IMG/VR virus record: IMGVR_UViG_3300030372_003250
Coordinates: 1 to 40,180 of that record
Length of the DNA: 40,180 nucleotides
Origin: a virus
Lineage: Duplodnaviria > Caudoviricetes
Direction: 5' to 3' (one strand)
Below the pieces are notes generated by a model. It had not been told where the DNA came from. It ran no database searches and saw only the letters and a program-made list of their open reading frames with translations. Position numbers and translations under genes: made by a program. Positions 35,877-40,180 of the stretch are shown in pieces (position 1 is the stretch's first letter; each line of letters begins with the position of its first letter).

Positions 35877-37625
35877 TTAACCAGTAACCTCCGGAGGTAG
35901 GTTCGCCATTTGTTCCGGATTCTTTCTAAGGTTATCAAACACCTCATCTTCTGTTGCTCCATATTGTCCCAAAGGATTCTCAGCATTCTCCGCTTCTTCC
36001 TTTTGTTGACGCATCATAGCAATCAATCTTTCTTTGGCCGGTAAGTTCATGTGTTCCACAATATATTCCGGGTCTGTAACGATACCTAACTGAGCTAATT
36101 GTAAAATCTTATTTTCAACAAACTGCTTATTCTCTGGCATCATTGAACCAGCTCTACACCTTATGTGCATATCAAAATCTTTAAATAGAATTCCCATAAC
36201 AGAACGAACCTCTTGATTCCCTTCCGGGTCATAGTAAGGTACATTTAATACAGTAGTTCCTAAGTTCTTAAACATCGCCAACCACATTGTCCCTAGACAT
36301 TGTATTGCCTTTTCTACTGCTCGGGACTTATAGTCTATCTTGGTTGTACTTGCTTGGCGGTATATTTGAGCTTGAACGCCAGATGTTACATTACTCGAGT
36401 CCTTACCTTGCGTCGCTTTATTTACGCCACTAATCGTCTCAAAAACATTTTCTAATTGTTGGTAAAAGTTGAAGACATAATTAGGCATTGAGGCCGGTTG
36501 TTGCATCGAGACTTGTCCAGCTCCACGCTTTCGTATAATTTGACCCGGTTTATTAGTGATCTGGTCTTGAACATCAGTATTCTGGTCAACAATCCACATT
36601 GGATTTGATGTCATGTGAATATTATCCATTGTTTGACTAATAACTCTATCCATCGCCAAGTTAATTGATTTTAATCTTCTAGGTTCTGGTTTTCCCCAGA
36701 ATGAGTGTGCCGAACCCCCGTTCTTGATATTGATAAACGGGAATGGATGTGCAATATGGTTCTTCTTATTAAAGAAAGGATATTTACTACGCCCCTCATA
36801 AAGAAGTACATTATTTGCCACAGCACACATTTTAACTTGTCCGGGTACATAGTCTTTATCATCTTCTTCGTATCCACCTCTACTGTATACTTCAATTAAT
36901 AATGCCCTTTCTTCCAAGTCTTTCATGGCATGAGCCTTATCTTTAAAATAATTCGTTTCCTTCTTTTCGGTGTCAGTAACTTGGACATAACTGTCACCAG
37001 CACTCTTTTGATTCATTTTTAAGGCTTCATGTTTAGATAAATTGCTTTCCGACTTCACATACTTACCATTTTCATACATCTCTCGAATTCTCCAAATCGG
37101 AGTTGGTGTAGCAATAATACACCAGTCGGTATTTTCTAGTTTGGTAGCGGAAGGGTTTGTATAAAAATTAAATGGGTCTACAACATCACAATCCGGCAAG
37201 TCGTCGTCCGGATTCCAATGTACTTTTAATATTCCATTCCCATATACAAGATAATCCAACAGCCATTCTGATATTAAATTTTGCATATCTCGAATCATCC
37301 AGAATTCATCCATAACAGCTTGAGCCGTATCAGCATAGGTCTGTGCCTTATCATCATTTCCAATAGCAATTACATCGATTCGTGGGGGTCTGGAAGATAA
37401 AACGGGTATCATGGTGTCTATAGCAGATGCAATAAACTCTAGCGTGATCTGATTTTTAAACTCGGGCATATTCATCCCTTCCCAATGATGTCCCATATAC
37501 AAAGCCTCAGACTCTCGCCATATCTTCTCTGTACTCTCCCTTGCTTTTTTTGCTACTGAGAACTGATTGTTAATATGGTCAATCGTCTTTTTATCTTTTT
37601 CGCTAGGTTTATATTCTTTTTCCAT
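35877..37625 (-). CDS. portal protein
   Basis: 582 aa after TerL; YMGHHW, YGNGI, VDPFNFY.NP, FPF, NPMW, ISGV. Confidence 0.9.
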   Translation of the reverse strand: MEKEYKPSEKDKKTIDHINNQFSVAKKARESTEKIWRESEALYMGHHWEGMNMPEFKNQITLEFIASAIDTMIPVLSSRPPRIDVIAIGNDDKAQTYADTAQAVMDEFWMIRDMQNLISEWLLDYLVYGNGILKVHWNPDDDLPDCDVVDPFNFYTNPSATKLENTDWCIIATPTPIWRIREMYENGKYVKSESNLSKHEALKMNQKSAGDSYVQVTDTEKKETNYFKDKAHAMKDLEERALLIEVYSRGGYEEDDKDYVPGQVKMCAVANNVLLYEGRSKYPFFNKKNHIAHPFPFINIKNGGSAHSFWGKPEPRRLKSINLAMDRVISQTMDNIHMTSNPMWIVDQNTDVQDQITNKPGQIIRKRGAGQVSMQQPASMPNYVFNFYQQLENVFETISGVNKATQGKDSSNVTSGVQAQIYRQASTTKIDYKSRAVEKAIQCLGTMWLAMFKNLGTTVLNVPYYDPEGNQEVRSVMGILFKDFDMHIRCRAGSMMPENKQFVENKILQLAQLGIVTDPEYIVEHMNLPAKERLIAMMRQQKEEAENAENPLGQYGATEDEVFDNLRKNPEQMANLPPEVTG

Positions 37626-37643
37626 GAAATAATTCCCTTTTAA

Positions 37644-37835
37644 TTACGCTTCCGGGCAATCATCCTCAATATCTTCACCAAAATCTTTAGCGATAAAAAT
37701 ATCAACCACTTTCTCAATCGCTTTAGAAAAGTCATGTTGCTCGATTTTATTTTTAGGTATTTTTGTAAGGTCGTCCGCATCTATTTCCCTTTTAGTCCAC
37801 TTTTTTGTGACTATATTATATGTTTCGATTGTCAA
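37644..37835 (-). CDS. small hypothetical protein
   Basis: TTGA coupling to TerL; GGAG upstream. Confidence 0.6.
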   Translation of the reverse strand: MTIETYNIVTKKWTKREIDADDLTKIPKNKIEQHDFSKAIEKVVDIFIAKDFGEDIEDDCPEA

Positions 37836-39214
37836 TTCCTTACTCCCGAATAGTCATCATCCATCTGTTTTAATTTATCTAATTCTTTTTGTAGCCACGG
37901 CTTTGGTTTTTCCGGCTCATTCGGACTACCTAAATGCATCAGTCCGTAACGAAGTGCGTCTACTGCATGGTCTTCACCATGAGTATCTAAGTCTTCCGGT
38001 CTGGTATTGCTATAGGTTTGCATCGGAAAAGTTTTAATTAAGTACTTGCATTGTGGGAATATTTTAAGCATAGACTCTTTACCTTCCTTTTCATTCCAAT
38101 CCAAGTATTCTCGCACCACATTCCAGCCGGATGCCCGGTCATTATTTGCACGTAGGCAAGGGATTCCATTGAAAAGCATAATATCAGCGATACTCATGTG
38201 AGATGGCATCACGCCATCGGAACGATTGGTGTTTTGAGGGTTGCGAATCCACATAGAGGGGTCACAAATAGTTCCCATATACTCCTCATCTCCGCTTAAT
38301 TCATTGATTTTTGCTATATGCCGGTTCAATTCTTGCTCTTTTTCAGCGTGTTCCCGGTAAATAAACACATTCCGGTCGTTATCTACCGCTACCCATAGGC
38401 AAACAAAGTAATTTCTGTACCCATAATCGATCATTCTGTATTTATACCAAGAATCCGGTATCTCAAACGGTTCTATAACATGGTGAGCTTGACGAAATTT
38501 TGTAAAAAACTGTCCTTCATAGACATCCCAATCGCCTTCATACCACATTTTTCTCATTTCTTCCGGCAAAGACTTCAAATAATTCACATAATCCGGGTCA
38601 GTTTCCACTAAAGTGGGGTTATCTTCAATCTTTGAGGGTATAAATATCTTGGTTCTGCCGGAATCTTTGTCTATTACGATTTTATTCCTACCGCCTTCAA
38701 TAAATCTATCCTTTACCCACGCATGACCAATGTTCCCGGGATTCGTGGTGAGGAATATTCTCGGTTTTAAACTCTTATCTGAACTTCTACATGAACTAAT
38801 TAGGCGTAAATAGTCCATTTCAGTAGGGATAAGAGTAAGCTCCTCTATCAATATTGAGCTGTATTCGTGTCCCAGATACTTTGTATAGGCTTGATCTTCT
38901 GATAAGTGACCGGTTCTAAACTTTGCTCCAGAAGGAAACCTAAATTCTGCCGGGTTACCGGTTACTTGAACACCCATTGTACGATAAAAGAATCTCGCCC
39001 GGTCAATCCAATCTCGTAAATCATCATAATTTCTACGCACAACTAAGGCTCTGTAACTTGGATTTGTTATATAGTCCGGATGAACTAACCAAGCCATACC
39101 AGCCATTGTTTTACCACCACCCCTAGCTCCACCAAATAATATTTCAAATGCATCTACTTGTAGAGCAAAAGTCTGTTGTCCCGGGTGGGGTTGCCATACA
39201 ATGTTATTCTTCAT
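37832..39214 (-). CDS. terL: terminase large subunit
   Basis: PHPGQ, GGARGGGKT (Walker A), ILIEEL (Walker B), TTNP, IDYG, DHAVDALRY. Confidence 0.95.
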   Translation of the reverse strand: MKNNIVWQPHPGQQTFALQVDAFEILFGGARGGGKTMAGMAWLVHPDYITNPSYRALVVRRNYDDLRDWIDRARFFYRTMGVQVTGNPAEFRFPSGAKFRTGHLSEDQAYTKYLGHEYSSILIEELTLIPTEMDYLRLISSCRSSDKSLKPRIFLTTNPGNIGHAWVKDRFIEGGRNKIVIDKDSGRTKIFIPSKIEDNPTLVETDPDYVNYLKSLPEEMRKMWYEGDWDVYEGQFFTKFRQAHHVIEPFEIPDSWYKYRMIDYGYRNYFVCLWVAVDNDRNVFIYREHAEKEQELNRHIAKINELSGDEEYMGTICDPSMWIRNPQNTNRSDGVMPSHMSIADIMLFNGIPCLRANNDRASGWNVVREYLDWNEKEGKESMLKIFPQCKYLIKTFPMQTYSNTRPEDLDTHGEDHAVDALRYGLMHLGSPNEPEKPKPWLQKELDKLKQMDDDYSGVRN

Positions 39215-39498
39215 TTTCGTTTCTTTTTAAATCCGGTAAGAGGGTTTAAAGACAGTTCTTCATACCAACTCATTACTTTTTGTATTTCTTCTTCGTGTTT
39301 TGCCTCAAGTTTTAGCACTCTTTCATGAAGTTCGGTCACATCCATGTGAAGCTGTTCAATTTTGCTTTGAGTATTATACCAGTAATAAGTAGCCGAAGCG
39401 ACCAAAGTAAACAAATAGAGCAAAGCACGAATATTGATCCTAACGATATAATTATCATGTATTCTGTCCACTTTAACCGATCTTGCATCAGCTTTCAA
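39211..39498 (-). CDS. membrane-anchored coiled-coil hypothetical protein
   Basis: TM ALLYLFTLVASATYYW + coiled coil; between terS and terL. Confidence 0.65.
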   Translation of the reverse strand: MKADARSVKVDRIHDNYIVRINIRALLYLFTLVASATYYWYNTQSKIEQLHMDVTELHERVLKLEAKHEEEIQKVMSWYEELSLNPLTGFKKKRK

Positions 39499-39499
39499 G

Positions 39500-39805
39500 C
39501 TATGCCTCTGCTGGTTTTTCTTTAATTTTTTCTATTTTAGGGGCGGTTTGGGACTCTTTTGTTATACTTTTTTCTGGTAGGACTATGACCCCCGGGGTTA
39601 TGTCTCCCTCAATCTTTAATTCAGAGGCTTTTAAGCTAGGTGCAATCCGGTCTATAAGGATGTTAATAGCTTTTACATGGTTCGGGTGGTCTTCATTCAT
39701 AGCTATATTGAATAACTTCTGTAATAATTCTGGGGTTTTAGGGTGGTTTCTTATCCACTCGCCCCAATGCGTAGCATTTTTCTTTATAGGAGGCTTCTTA
39801 GCCAT
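39500..39805 (-). CDS. terS: putative terminase small subunit
   Basis: First late gene; helical LLQKLFNIA...KAINILIDR...GVIVLP pattern upstream of TerL. Confidence 0.6.
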   Translation of the reverse strand: MAKKPPIKKNATHWGEWIRNHPKTPELLQKLFNIAMNEDHPNHVKAINILIDRIAPSLKASELKIEGDITPGVIVLPEKSITKESQTAPKIEKIKEKPAEA

Positions 39806-40180
39806 TAGCGATTAAGGCTACTATAACATAAATGGTTAATATAATGCATATATATACTGCTATTGCGACTATTTCTTGCTTTTTCATTGTGTTAATTAGT
39901 GATAAAAGTTAAGCAAAAAGTCTGTCTGAAAAAATTAATACCTTACCACGGATGAAATGACCGGTACAATTACGGACATGGGGGTGGGGGTCTTCGTCTA
40001 TATATACTGTTCGCGAACCTCTTTTATCTTACGCGTACTGTCTGCTATCTGTCCGCATTTCTTCTTTTGTCGTCGGTATGATTGAGGGTTCTAAACCCGT
40101 GTTGCTCCCCTTCTCCCCTCGATACAGCCTCGAGCGGTCAAGCTCTGAAAAAATACGGGACTTTGTGCGGTCTAAAATGG
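39806..40180. promoter_or_regulatory. Non-coding late-promoter / packaging-start region
   Basis: No ORF; upstream of terS; TATATATACTG twice (39849, 39999); GGGGGTGGGGG at 39980-39990. Confidence 0.45.

Larger units (their letters stand above)
1..40180. mobile_element. Temperate phage genome (podovirus-like, no tape measure or tail tube seen), non-integrated configuration
   Basis: TerS/TerL, portal, scaffold, capsid, adaptor/nozzle, ejection proteins, tail fibre, lysis genes, repressor, integrase and an internal attP are all present; no host housekeeping genes. Confidence 0.93.

Overview
The window looks like a nearly or fully complete ~40 kb, AT-rich temperate podovirus-type phage genome in its free (unintegrated) form. 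Four modules are visible. (1) 120-5560 (+): an array of small early/accessory genes plus a GHKL-ATPase/HExxH-protease gene, ending at a bidirectional terminator. (2) 5622-11446 (-): a lytic replication/recombination operon with an Xis/Cro-like HTH, exonuclease, SSB-like protein, an initiator with internal iterons, PD-(D/E)XK nucleases and an Hjc-like resolvase. (3) 11547-13440 (+): an XRE repressor, a tyrosine integrase and an intact attP (tRNA-like 3' core with arm repeats on both sides). (4) 13561-39805 (-): a late operon with TerS, TerL, portal, scaffold, capsid, adaptors, nozzle, ejection proteins (one of 2098 aa with lysozyme-like and ART-like domains), an S74-chaperoned tail fibre, holin-like proteins and an M15 endolysin. 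The most notable signal is non-coding. Eight early genes carry a conserved leader: six have a covarying H-type pseudoknot and two have a tRNA T-loop mimic plus a hairpin. All end in AATGGAGGT, and seven also carry a TCT(C/T)AA box. Two minus-strand structured RNAs elsewhere (11118-11223 and 13451-13530) display sequence complementary to these boxes, which suggests an RNA-controlled gene-cassette regulon. All assignments come from manual motif reading; no searches were run.
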